Source: Octopus vulgaris (lineage: Eukaryota). From it: a DNA stretch of 64,000 nucleotides. The notes beneath the pieces are model-generated. The model saw only the letters and a list, made by a program, of their open reading frames with translations, searched no databases and was not told the DNA's origin. The position numbers and the translations under genes are program-made. Location of the stretch: positions 75,330,001 to 75,394,000 of the forward strand of contig OX597828.1 in the NCBI GenBank assembly GCA_951406725.2, given 5' to 3'. Positions 1-15,305 of the stretch are shown piece by piece (within the stretch, counting starts at the first letter, position 1; the number at the start of each line of letters is the position of its first letter).

Positions 1-71
1 TCCGCAAATTTTGATTCAGCATAAGAATGTATAAACAATGTGTAAAAAGTATAGAAATGAATATTCTATAT

Positions 72-495
<424 letters not shown>

Positions 496-1688
496 ACTAT
501 TTCCTTGATTTTGATTAAACAGTGGTGGATATTTTAATCAAGTCTTTTTGCCTAAAGTTGCACGTTGGGCCATTTCAGTATCTAATTACACACGTTTTAC
601 TTAACATACCACAGTTGTCTTCTCTTTCCTGCCAGAGATTAGGCTTACCCGTAATAGTCTCCCGTACACAGTTATATTCAGTCCATTGGTTATTCAACTA
701 TTCCAGTATTTCTAGGGTTAGACTAAAGTAGAATTTAAACAAACTGGAATTCGTTGCATTTCATTAAACAATTGTCGTCTACGAGGTGGTACGCAACTCT
801 TTGAAATGTCGTCCTAAAATCTGACTGGCCACTACGACGACAACTAATATATTTACGACTGGATCAACTCAGGAATTGTTATGTCAGAATAATAGTTTCC
901 TTTGATAGCAAAGGTGATAAGCTCACGATTCACCGAAGAATAACCAGCTAGTACTTGATTTCACAAATTTTATGAAGCCATTTTAGTCACATCGTAGCAT
1001 TTTCAATCGTTTCATTAGAAAGATGACCGATCTAGTTTTTCATTCTTTTGCAGTTAATTTTTGTTGTACCTTCGTAACAATCGTGCGTTGTATGACATTA
1101 TCGACCATTTGTTTACAATTCGTATTATGTTAAAATGTTAACACTTTCTCATGAATGACATTATCGTCTGTTTCGTTGCAGATGCTTTCAGCAAATCCAC
1201 ATATTTACGTTCATTAATCAACCCGCCTATGTATTCTGCGATTTGTGACATTATGCATGGCACGTAATATTTCCATTTTGCGTTTAACATGTTATGAAGC
1301 TTTTAACACTACGTTAAACAACTTAATTCTTATTCGAGGCCTTATTCAATCAGAAATCTCTTTATTGAATATTATTTAGCTACAGCAGACCGATAAGACT
1401 CTTATAAATATCTCGTAGACTTTTCTGTTCCATTCAGATGTAAGCATAATTATTACCATGAATAAAACTATATATAATCGCCCGCCCATCTATCCATCCA
1501 TCCGTCGGTCCGTCGGTCCGTCGGTCTGTCTAGTTTAAATGAATAACCAGAAAGAAAATAGTTGGTATTTTAGTTATTTGATTACAATCGTTTTCGTAGT
1601 CGGTAATCAATGATCAGTGTATATTATATCGATCATTAACCGTATCATGTTATGGTATGATGAAATACAATTTATCTAAGGAATTATC

Positions 1689-2000
1689 GTGGCACTCCGT
1701 CGGTTACGACGACGAGCGTTCCAGTTGATCCGATCAACGGAAAAGCTTGCTCGTGAAATTAACGCGCAAGTGGCTGAGCACTCCACAGACACGTGTACCC
1801 TAACCTAGTTCTCGGGGACTAGGCTAGCCCTTTGAAATATAGGTACAGCAGAAACAGGAAGAAAAAGTGAGAGAAAGTTGTGGTGAAAGAATACAGCAGG
1901 GTTCGCCATCATCCACGTAGAGCTCAATAAACATTCACAACTCTCGGTCTGGAAATCGAAACCGCGATCCTATGACCACGAGTCCGCTGCCCTAACCACT
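1689..2000 (-). mobile_element. tRNA-derived SINE, family A (head GGCGCAATGGCCCAGTGGTTAGGGC), internally deleted
   Basis: Colinear with copies at 47511, 52628 and 53787; A-box-like TGGCCCAGTGG and B-box-like GTTTCGATTCC in the family head. Confidence 0.9.
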
Positions 2001-2004
2001 TAGT

Positions 2005-2059
2005 AGGCGCAATGGCCCAGTGGTTAGGGCAGCGGATTCGCGGTCATAGGATCGCGGTT
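2005..2059 (+). mobile_element. Inverted duplicate of the SINE family A head
   Basis: aggcgcaatggcccagtggttagggc...atcgcggtt; 2019-2059 is the reverse complement of 1960-2000 with 2 mismatches. Confidence 0.9.
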
Positions 2060-2750
2060 AAGACGTTAAGAAGGTGAAACATACGAAATATAGAACCTGA
2101 GGGGGGGGGGGAGAACCACGAAACAATAAAATAAAAACAGTTAAATGGGTAAAAAGAAAACTAATAATTTAATAAAAAGTGCCCTAGCATGGTCACAGAC
2201 TTTAGGCGCTGAAACAGATAAAATAATATCTCACTCATACACTCAAACACACACACACACACACACAGCATTAATATAAATAGCTAGGCGCAATATAATA
2301 CCGTAAGGGAAACATTTTATCGTCACTAATTGTGACTGAGGGTGACGGAGCACCTATACTGCAAGAGATAAGAGTTAAAAACTCATAATGCTGTATGAAA
2401 CGCATATTATATAAACACTTACAGAAGAGGTAACCGCCCATGAGCGACTCTAGGATCACTGGACTAGTCTAGTTTCGCTCTTTATTCGTAGGCTGGTTAG
2501 CAGTGTGCAAAGACGTTCTCATACTTTTCCTTATAAAATTTGTATGCCCCCCCCCATGTTCCGTAACCAAGTGGTTCTACAAAATTTGATAAAATAACAA
2601 CTGAAATCGATATGATTGGCAAACCCAGTAAAAGCGGTGCTCCAGCGTGGCTGCTGTTCAATGAATAAAACCAGTCAAAGAAGAAAAGACTAAATTATGC
2701 ATATAAACATACCTTAACTGGAAACTCAGCAGAAATGGGTTAAATGTACC

Positions 2751-2773
2751 ACTTACCTGAAATAAAAGAAAGA
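2751..2773 (-). promoter_or_regulatory. Candidate recursive splice site (ratchet point)
   Basis: Minus strand reads TCTTTCTTTTATTTCAG|GTAAGT: a strong acceptor directly joined to a consensus donor. Confidence 0.5.
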
Positions 2774-2906
2774 TCTATATTAGGTACGATTACAATAAGA
2801 TATTAGCAATGACGATGAAAATGATGATAACATGGGGTATTTACATATGTTAGTATAATGTGATATAATATAAATATAATATATATACACTCACACACAC
2901 ATCACA

Positions 2907-3080
2907 TTGTGTCTTGAGAGGGTCATTACGCCAATAATGACACACGCACTGGTTCGATATTCAATAACACATTATTAGTCAACTGGTTAGATATCTAACC
3001 AACTGACTGACAATAAAGAAGTGATATTGACCCAGTGCACGTATCATTACTATTGGCGTAATGACCTTCCCAAGACTCAA
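2907..3080. repeat. 174-bp imperfect palindrome (foldback/MITE-like)
   Basis: Arms gtcttgagagggtcattacgccaata and tattggcgtaatgaccttcccaagac; perfect centre GGTTAGATATCTAACC at 2985-3000. Confidence 0.9.
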
Positions 3081-3190
3081 GATTTGTTTCAACACTCGAG
3101 GTAACATCAATAATCTTGCAAGCCATAAAAAAAAACGATATATATATACACACACACATATATACATACACACATACATACACACACACA

Positions 3191-3236
<46 letters not shown>

Positions 3237-3265
3237 GATACATACATACATACATATATATATAT

Positions 3266-3354
3266 AGGCGCAGGAGTGGCTGTGTGGTAAGTAGCTTGCT
3301 AACCAGCCACATGGTTGCGGATTTGGTAGACGGAATCTGAAAGAAGCCTGTCGT
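3266..3354 (+). mobile_element. SINE family B head with internal deletion
   Basis: aggcgcaggagtggctgtgtggtaagtagcttgct matches the head of the 11844-12235 copy; middle segment missing. Confidence 0.85.
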
Positions 3355-4548
3355 ATATATGTATGTATATATGCGTCTGTGTGTGCGTACATGAAAACAA
3401 TGTATATGTAAAACAAAATCAATATATATATATGTATATGAAAAAAAATGAAAATTCGTCCACGTTCTGTTTTGTGAGGTGGAGATGATGATCGTTCGTG
3501 GAAGTTAACACTAATTAATAATCACGTAGGTGAATCAGAAAGTAATGCAATCTTTATTTGCATAACTTTTTGACTCCATGAATATAGGAAAAGGTGTGAA
3601 ACGGTGATCGAAATAAGAATTACATCCCTTCCTGACTTTCCCTCTTACATATGATTGAAGCCAGAGGTCAGCGTTCAGATTGAGCCAAACCATGCGGAAT
3701 GGTGGTCACCAGTGAACATTACGTCTGTTCTTATTTTTGAGAGATGATGTATCGAGGGCTATACTAATTTTGTCCTTTTATAATACAGATTAACGTAAGG
3801 AGAGTCTAGATACGGTATTATAGCAGATGGAGTACGATTTTTATAGAGATAGGCGAAGAAAGGCAATTTTTCCACAGCCATATTGAAAAGTATAGGGTAA
3901 GTTTTCACTTCCGGCTTGTGCAAGAGGGAGTTTTACACAAGCTGGAGCAACCAACCATTTCTTTTGCCTGACAACCAGTTTGAATCAAACAAACGAACGG
4001 AAAAGAGAAGAGCGAGGTAAAGTATTTATTTAATCAACTTCAATTTAGAGATTTTTCACCCAAGTTTTACGAACATAAATTTAACCCATCAGAGGAAACA
4101 TTAATTCTTCCAATTTCGGTTTTGTTGCAAATGGCACAGCTTCAAAAATGAATGATACAAAATAATTTTTTTTTAAAGTTGGATGAGATTAAAATGGGAG
4201 AAAATAAAATCTATTCAACTTTAAGGGAATGATCACAGTGATTCCATCAAAGAGGAACGGAAAGATTAAAAAGAAAAACATTGAAAAAAAAATTAATGAA
4301 ACAAAAACATGCATAAATGTGTGTGGGTATCTGCGTGTGCGTGTGTGTACGTGCGTGTGCGTGTGTGTACGTGCGTGTGCGTGCATGTGTGTGCGTGCGC
4401 ATAGCAAATAAGGATCTGTGAAACATTTTGAATTGTTTCAAACCAAGCTTTATTTCGATTATATAATACACAACACAACACACAACACATTTATGTCTAT
4501 TTAGACTGTTTGAGGTTAAAACAACATATTTTTTACTTTAGAAATATG

Positions 4549-7500
4549 AACACACACACATTTATCCACACACACATTTATCCAAACACACATTTATCCA
4601 CACACACATTTATCCACACACACATTTATCCACACATACATTTATCCACACACACATTTATCCACACATTTATCCAAACACACATTTATCCACACACACA
4701 TTTATCCACACACATTTATCCACACACACATTTACCCACACACATTTATCCACACACACATTTATCCAAACACACATTTATCCACACACACATTTATCCA
4801 CACACACATTTATCCACACATTCATTTATCCACACACACATTTACCACACACACATTTATCCAAACACACATTTATCCACACACACATTTATCCACACAC
4901 ACATTTATCCACACACACATTTATCCACACACACATTTATCCACACACATTTATCCACACACACATTTATCCAAACACACATTTATCCACACACACATTT
5001 ACCCACACACACATTTATCCACACACACATTTATCCAAACACACATTTATCCACACATACATTTATCCAAACACACATTTATCCAAACACACATTTACCC
5101 ACACACACATTTATCCACACACACATTTATCCAAACACACATTTACCCACACACACATTTATCCAAACACACATTTATCCACACACACATTTATCCACAC
5201 ACACATTTATCCAAACACACATTTATCCACACACACATTTATCCACACACACATTTACCCACACACATTTAACACATTTATCCAAACACACATTTATCCA
5301 CACACATTTATCCACACACACACATTTATCCACACACACATTTATCCACACACACACATTTATCCACACACACATTTATCCACACACATTTATCCACACA
5401 CACATTTATCCACACACACATTTATCCACACACACATTTATCCACACACACATTTATCCAAACACACATTTATCCACACACACATTTATCCACACACACA
5501 CATTTATCCAAACACACATTTATCCACACACACATTTATCCAAACACACATTTATCCACACACACACACACACACACACATTTATCCACACACACACATT
5601 TATCCACACACACATTTATCCACACACACATTTATCCACACACACATTTATCAACACACACATTTATCCACACACACATTTATCCACACACACATTTATC
5701 CACACACACATTTATCCAAACACATTTATCCACACACACATTTATCCACACACATTTATCCACACACATTTACCCACACACACATTTATCCACACACACA
5801 TTTATCCACACACATTTATCCACACACACATTTATCCACACACACACATTTATTTATCCACACACTCATTTATCCACACACACATTTATCCACACACACA
5901 TTTATCCACACACACATTTATCCACACACACATTTATCCACACACACATTTATCCACACACACATTTATCCACACACACATTTATCCACACACACATTTA
6001 TCCACACACATTTATCAAACACACATTTATCCACACACATTTACCACACACACATTTATCCACACACACATTTATCCAACACACATTTATCCACACACAC
6101 ATTTATCCAAACACACATTTATCCACACACACATTTACCACACACACATTTATCCACACACACATTTATCCACACACACATTTATCCACACACACATTTA
6201 TCCACACACACATTTATCCACACACACATTTATCCACACACACATTTATCCAACACACATTTATCCACACACACATTTATCCACACACACATTTACCACA
6301 CACACATTTATCCACACACATTTATCCACACACATACACACACATTTACCCACACACACATTTATCCACACATACATTTATCCACACACACATTTATCCA
6401 CACACACATTTACCCACACACACATTTATCCACACACACATTTATCCAAACACACATTTATCCATTTACCACACACACATTTATCCACACACACATTTAT
6501 CCAACACACATTTATCCACACACACATTTATCCAACACACATTTATCCACACACACATTTATCCACACACACATTTATCCACACACACATTTATCCAACA
6601 CACATTTATCCACACACATTTATCCACACACACATTTATCCACACACACATTTATCCACACACACACATTTATCCACACACACATTTACCCACACACACA
6701 CATTTATCCACACACACATTTATCCACACACATTTATCCACACACACATTTATCCACACACACATTTATCCACACACACATTTATCCACACACACATTTA
6801 TCCACACACACACATTTATCCACACACACATTTACCCACACACACATTTATCCACACATACATTTATCCACACACACATTTATCCACACACACATTTATC
6901 CACACACACATTTATCCACACACACATTTATCCAAACACACATTTATCCACACACACATTTATCCACACACACATTTATCCACACACACATTTATCCACA
7001 CACACATTTATCCACACACATTTATCCACACACACATTTATCCACACACACATTTATCCAAACACACATTTATCCACACACACATTTATCCAAACACACA
7101 TTTATCCACACACACATTTATCCACACACACATTTACCCACACACACATTTATCCACACATACATTTATCCACACACACATTTATCCACACACACATTTA
7201 TCCACACACACATTTATCCACACATACATTTATCCACACATACATTTATCCACACACACATTTACCCACACACACATTTATCCACACATACATTTATCCA
7301 CACACACATTTACCCACACACACATTTATCCACACATACATTTATCCACACACACATTTATCCACACACACATTTATCCACACACACATTTATCCACACA
7401 CACATTTATCCACACATACATTTATCCACACACACATTTATCCACACACACATTTATCCACACATACATTTATCCACACATACATTTATCCACACACACA

Positions 7501-10314
7501 TTTATCCAAACACACATTTATCCACACACACATTTATCCACACACACATTTATCCACACATACATTTATCCACACATACATTTATCCACACACACATTTA
7601 CCCACACACACATTTATCCACACATACATTTATCCACACACACATTTATCCACACATACATTTATCCACACACACATTTATCCACACACACATTTATCCA
7701 CACATACATTTATCCACACATACATTTATCCACACACACATTTATCCACACACACATTTATCCACACACACATTTATCCACACACACATTTATCCACACA
7801 TACATTTATCCACACACACATTTATCCACACACACATTTATCCACACACACATTTATCCACACATACATTTATCCACACACACATTTATCCACACACACA
7901 TTTATCCACACATACATTTATCCACACATACATTTATCCACACACACATTTACCCACACACACATTTATCCACACATACATTTATCCACACATACATTTA
8001 TCCACACACACATTTACCCACACACACATTTATCCACACATACATTTATCCACACACACATTTATCCACACACACATTTACCCACACACACATTTATCCA
8101 CACATACATTTATCCACACACACATTTACCCACACACACATTTATCCACACATACATTTATCCACACATACATTTATCCACACACACATTTATCCACACA
8201 CACATTTACCCACACACACATTTATCCACACATACATTTATCCACACACACATTTATCCACACACACATTTATCCACACACACATTTATCCACACATACA
8301 TTTATCCACACACACATTTATCCAAACACACATTTATCCACACATACATTTATCCACACATACATTTATCCACACACACATTTATCGAAACACACATTTA
8401 TCCACACATACATTTATCCACACACACATTTATCCACACACACATTTATCCACACATACATTTATCCACACACACATTTATCCACACATACATTTATCCA
8501 CACATACATTTATCCACACACACATTTATCCACACACACATTTATCCACACATACATTTATCCACACACACATTTATCCACACACACATTTATCCAAACA
8601 CACATTTATCCACACATACATTTATCCACACATACATTTATCCACACACACATTTATCCAAACACACATTTATCCACACATACATTTATCCACACACACA
8701 TTTATCCACACACACATTTATCCACACATACATTTATCCACACACACATTTATCCACACACACATTTATCCACACATACATTTATCCACACACACATTTA
8801 TCCAAACACACATTTATCCACACATACATTTATCCACACACACATTTATCCACACATACATTTATCCACACACACATTTATCCACACACACATTTATCCA
8901 AACACACATTTATCCACACACACATTTATCCACACACACATTTATCCACACATACATTTATCCACACACACATTTATCCACACACACATTTATCCACACA
9001 CACATTTATCCACACACACATTTATCCACACACACATTTATCCACACATACATTTATCCACACACACATTTATCCACACATACATTTATCCACACACACA
9101 TTTATCCACACATACATTTATCCACACACACATTTATCCAAACACACATTTATCCACACATACATTTATCCACACACACATTTATCCACACATACATTTA
9201 TCCACACACACATTTATCCACACACACATTTATCCACACATACATTTATCCACACACACATTTATCCACACACACATTTATCCACACACACATTTATCCA
9301 CACATACATTTATCCACACACACATTTATCCACACACACATTTATCCACACATACATTTATCCACACACACATTTATCCACACACACATTTATCCACACA
9401 CACATTTATCCAAACACACATTTATCCACACATACATTTATCCACACACACATTTATCCACACACACATTTATCCACACATACATTTATCCACACACACA
9501 TTTATCCAAACACACATTTATCCACACATACATTTATCCACACACACATTTATCCACACATACATTTATCCACACACACATTTATCCACACACACATTTA
9601 TCCACACATACATTTATCCACACACACATTTATCCACACACACATTTATCCACACATACATTTATCCACACACACATTTATCCACACATACATTTATCCA
9701 CACATAGATTTATCCACACACACATTTATCCACACACACATTTATCCACACATACATTTATCCACACATACATTTATCCACACACACATTTATCCACACA
9801 TACATTTATCCACACACACATTTATCCACACATACATTTATCCACACACACATTTATCCAAACACACATTTATCCACACATACATTTATCCACACACACA
9901 TTTATCCACACACACATTTATCCACACATACATTTATCCACACACACATTTATCCACACATACATTTATCCACACACACATTTATCCACACACACATTTA
10001 TCCACACATACATTTATCCACACACACATTTATCCAAACACACATTTATCCACACATACATTTATCCAAACACACATTTATCCACACATACATTTATCCA
10101 CACACACATTTATCCACACACACATTTACCCACACACACATTTATCCACACACACATTTATCCACACATACATTTATCCACACACACATTTATCCACACA
10201 TACATTTATCCACACACACATTTATCCACACATACATTTATCCACACACACATTTATCCACACACACATTTATCCACACATACATTTATCCACACACACA
10301 TTTATCCACACATA
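4549..10314. repeat. 16-bp minisatellite (CATTTATCCACACACA)n, about 5.8 kb, roughly 360 units
   Basis: Directly visible; unit count estimated as length/16; variants cacatac, ccaaac, tttaccc. Confidence 0.99.
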
Positions 10315-10396
10315 CTTGCAGGAGGAGTAATATAGATAAATAGATAATTACATAAATTATACGGTTAGGTAAGTAGCTAACTAATAAATATTGGTA

Positions 10397-10818
<422 letters not shown>

Positions 10819-11537
10819 CTAGATTACCATTTCGTTTAGGCGCAGCGATACAAGTAACCTTGTATTAGAATTCTTCAGGAGAAAGCGTCAGTCGAGTGCA
10901 GAGCGTTGTAAGAAATTAAATAAATGACAAAGAAACAAGAAATTATGTGATGAATCACTGTTCAAAACATCGCTAAAATGCTGCCATCATCTGGACTTGA
11001 TTCCATCTCGCTTGCACAAGAGTGCATTACCAATATTTGCCTACAGACGGAGAATGGTGAGCCATAGATTGCACGCATCTGGTTTTTACAGTATATGCCT
11101 GAATTTCGCGGGCTTTTTATCAATAGCTTATGGCCTTTGCTACTCAGCACTCTTATTCGACCTTAATTTTGCACCCTTTAAAATATTTCATGGGTTTATC
11201 TCGTTCAAGTCTCGCCACAGAACATCTGAGCAACTTGTCGTCTCCCATATATATTTTCAACCAACAACTTCGTCATAAGTCCTTCGTTTTCTCTAAATCA
11301 GTCATACTGTTTTCTTTCAATGAATACAAACCTGAAACATATATACACACGTGCAACTGTTTGTACACACACACACACACATATTTATATATGTGTGTGT
11401 ATGTATATATATAATTCAAAATATCCATAATTCTACACATGGTGTATATTTATAATCATACATTATAGTGAAATAGTTGGTTAATTCCATAATGGAATAC
11501 GTGCATACGTATATAAATACACAGACACATACACACA

Positions 11538-11830
11538 TATGTACGTATGTATGTATGTATGTATGTATGTATGTATGTATGTATGTATGTATGTATGTAT
11601 GTATGTATGTAGGTATGTATGTATGTAAGCATGTATGTATGTATGTATGTATGTATGTATGCATGTATGTATGTATGTATGCATGTATGTATGTATGTAT
11701 GTATGTATGTATGTATGTATGTATGTATGTATGTATGTATGTATGTATGTATGTATGTATGTATGTATGTATGTATGTATATATGTATGTATGTAAGCAT
11801 GTATGTATGTATGTATGTATGTATGTATGT
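11538..11830. repeat. (ATGT)n microsatellite
   Basis: Directly visible. Confidence 0.97.
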
Positions 11831-11843
11831 ATATATATATATA

Positions 11844-12235
11844 TTCTTTCATTTGTTTCAGTCATTTGACTGTGGCCATGCTGGAGCACCGCCTTTAGTC
11901 GAACAAATCGACCCCAGAACTTATTCTTTGTAAGCCTAGTACTTATTTTATCAGGCTCTTTTGCCGAACCGCTAAGTTACGGCGACGTAAACACACCGAC
12001 ATCGGTTGTGAGGTGATGGTGGGGGGGGGGGGGGGGACAAATAATGATACACAGACATATTGAAATATATATACGACGGGCTTCTTTCAGTTTCCGTCGA
12101 CCAAATCCACTCACAAGGCTTTGGTCGGCCCGCGGCTATAGTAGAAGACACTTGTCCAAGGTGCCTCGCAGTGGTACTGAACCCGGAACCGTGTTGTTGG
12201 TAAGCAAGCTACTTACCACACAGCCACTCCTGCGC
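11844..12235 (-). mobile_element. tRNA-derived SINE family B, near full length
   Basis: tRNA-like head, CORE-like ACCTTGG(G)CAAGTGTCTT motif, internal microsatellite, tail ending GACTGAAACAA; many copies in window. Confidence 0.92.
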
Positions 12236-12236
12236 G

Positions 12237-12268
<32 letters not shown>

Positions 12269-12279
12269 GAAATTACTGT

Positions 12280-12340
<61 letters not shown>

Positions 12341-12359
12341 CATATATACATATATATAT

Positions 12360-12398
<39 letters not shown>

Positions 12399-13152
12399 CA
12401 TACATGCATACATGCATACATACATACACACATTGTCATATAGGTAGACAGTTTATATACGCAATTAAGGATGACGCAATTTACATGCTACGGACTCGTG
12501 AATACAAATGCGTATACTTTGCATATATACACGTTATGTATGCATATATGTATATAATACGTATAACATATGCATGCAAATATGCACGCACACACACACA
12601 CACATATGAATGCGTGTATATATATATACGCTTGTGTGTATATATTTATATATTCGCATTCATATCTATGCTTGTACATATGTCCAAGTGTGTCTATGTG
12701 TGTATGATTGTGTTTTCGTAAGTGCTTGTCTGTACGAATGTGTGTGTAAGTGTTTGCATACAAAGTTGTGTACCCAGATGCTACAAGGTCAAATGAAACA
12801 TCAGCCATTGCGGAGCCAACGTCAAAAAAGACATTGGCTGGGAAAAAAATTATGAAAAACCGAGTTCTTTGGGATCCTTGGAAACAAAAGACAGAGCAAC
12901 AACAATAAAGAACAAAGAAAACAGAGAAAGCGAAATGAAAGGAAGATTAATTTTTTTTCACAAATATGTTTATCAACGATATTTTTGCTTATTTTTAAGT
13001 TTTATTTTTGTTTGTCCGTATTGCATGTATACGATGAACGCTTCCCTCTTTGTTTTGTTCCACCATTCCTAAATATGATAAAATATTTGATTGGTCTTTA
13101 CTTCATCTTATGTATTATTTTTCAGTATTTGAGAAGAAAAAAGAACTTGTTT

Positions 13153-13211
<59 letters not shown>

Positions 13212-13727
13212 CACACACACGTACAAAAGTATTCATAGACTCGCAGACAGAAAACCACAGTGGTGTGTGTGTGTGTGTGTGTGTATGTGTGTAGTAATAA
13301 ATAAAGCGGAGTAAAATATAACGTGTGCCAGACATTTTGGCGTTAAATTCCATTTGCTAGGATGGAATGGAAAAAAAGGGTCATTTTTGCGTTGTAATAA
13401 ATACGATATCGGGAATTGAGGATAAAGAGGGCGATAAACAGAGACTGAAAAAGAGGGGAAGAGATAAACAGATTGAAGAGAGGGAAGACAGATAGAGGGA
13501 GAGGAGAGAGGGAGGAAAGATGCACACACACATATATATAGAGAGAGAGATGGGTGAGAATGATATTAACAGGAGTGATGTGGAGAAAGAGAGAGAAATT
13601 GTGTTATCTTCTAGTATTAGTTGTTGTTTATACTCGATTTAATTAGAATGCGGCAGACACTTGATCAATAGCGCTCCAGCCATGGCTACCACGTCTGTTT
13701 TCTTTTATCAGACATACTGTATTTGTT

Positions 13728-14063
13728 TTCTTTTACTTGTTTCAGTCATTAGCCTGTGGCCATACTGGGGCACCTCCCTGGAGAATTTTAGTCGACTGAA
13801 TCGATGTCAGTACTTATTCTATCGGTCTCTTACGGGAAAATAAACACACCAACACCGGTTGTCAAACGATGGTGGGAGACAAACACAGACACAAAGACAC
13901 ATACACGACAAGCTACGTTCAGTTTTCGTCTACCAAATTCACCCAAAAAGCTTTGATCGTCCCGAGGTTACAGTAGAAGAAACTTACCCTGGTGCCATTC
14001 AGTGGGACTGAATACGGTTCCATGTAGTTGGGAAGCAAGCTTCTTACCACACAGCCCCATGCC
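13728..14063 (-). mobile_element. SINE family B, diverged
   Basis: Colinear with 11844-12235. Confidence 0.85.
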
Positions 14064-15211
14064 GGAATACACTACGACTGTTATTTATTAGAACATTTTT
14101 ATATATCGCCAAGTTCAAATTTCACCCAGTGTCTGCTTTGCTTTTAATTCTTGATGGCCGACAAACTGAATACCATTTAAGAGCATTTAGTGAGGCGTAT
14201 GCAAACGCAAGTTCTGTATCCAGCCAATAAAACATGGCGTCGAAAGGAAAAAAAATAGTAATCTGTACTTCATGATACACGGATAGTATCGTTAGATCTA
14301 CAATAACATTTTCTATACTTCTGTTCGCTCAGAGATAACATTGGACTAAACAACAACGAAAGAAGCAACTAGGTGACTGCTTGACTTGTAAGAAATAGCA
14401 ACCACGATCCAGTTAGCTCACAACCTACTGCTTTAAAAGAGAAACGACATATTAAAGAATCTAGTGTTATATGAAAGAACGATGTTAGTCCCGACTGGAA
14501 GGCCTTCAGTTATAATCTCTCCTTAGTTTGAGCTAGGCTGGGATTTAAGAATATCAAATATAAATGCATCAAGGAATACACTATATCACAGATTTTCTCT
14601 TACTCTTTGCTAGTTTGTAATTTAACCTTTCAGTTTCATGCATGTCACTACTTCACCCTCTCTTACTTCTATGTAAAAATATATTCTAATGTAATATATC
14701 GCAATTATGTATAAAAGCCCGTGTCGCTACTAGAAAGCTATGTTTAAGATAGCATGTTAGCACCAGATATGATATTTAATATTTAGATATCATATTTAAT
14801 ATTTTCCCTTATCACTTCACCCCATTAAATGTAAACAGACAAACGAAACAATTTGGAATGGACAAACGAATAAGATGAACCGTTTTTCATTTCTGTCTTC
14901 TCTCACAGGAAATTGGTACGAACTCGCTCGGTTGCCCTCAGAGAATCTATCTATGAATACTATATATATATATATATCTGTCATGATTTTATGTGTATAC
15001 TACATACATATGTATGTATATAAATATATGTATATTTCTAAGTATCTGTATTGTGTTTCTGTATTATATATTTATATATAAAATGTCGGAATCGTAAGAG
15101 TAGATGCTATCAGTCAAGATATGTTTGATCAGTTTATCAGTCTTGGGAAACAGACCAGCTGGAATGTAATTAATGAAGTTCTCTGCTCTCCAAATAAACC
15201 CCAGTGTGTAC

Positions 15212-15213
<2 letters not shown>

Positions 15214-15305
<92 letters not shown>

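Noticed and set aside
4549-10314. Bacterial oriC or contamination suggested by DnaA boxes
   Set aside because: The flanks are continuous animal SINE and microsatellite sequence with no bacterial genes; hundreds of same-orientation boxes do not resemble oriC.
4510-10335. 1941-aa His/Thr-rich ORF as a real protein
   Set aside because: The repeat unit has no stop codon in any + frame, so the ORF is automatic. Non-triplet indels between units are tolerated freely, and the called start is TTG.
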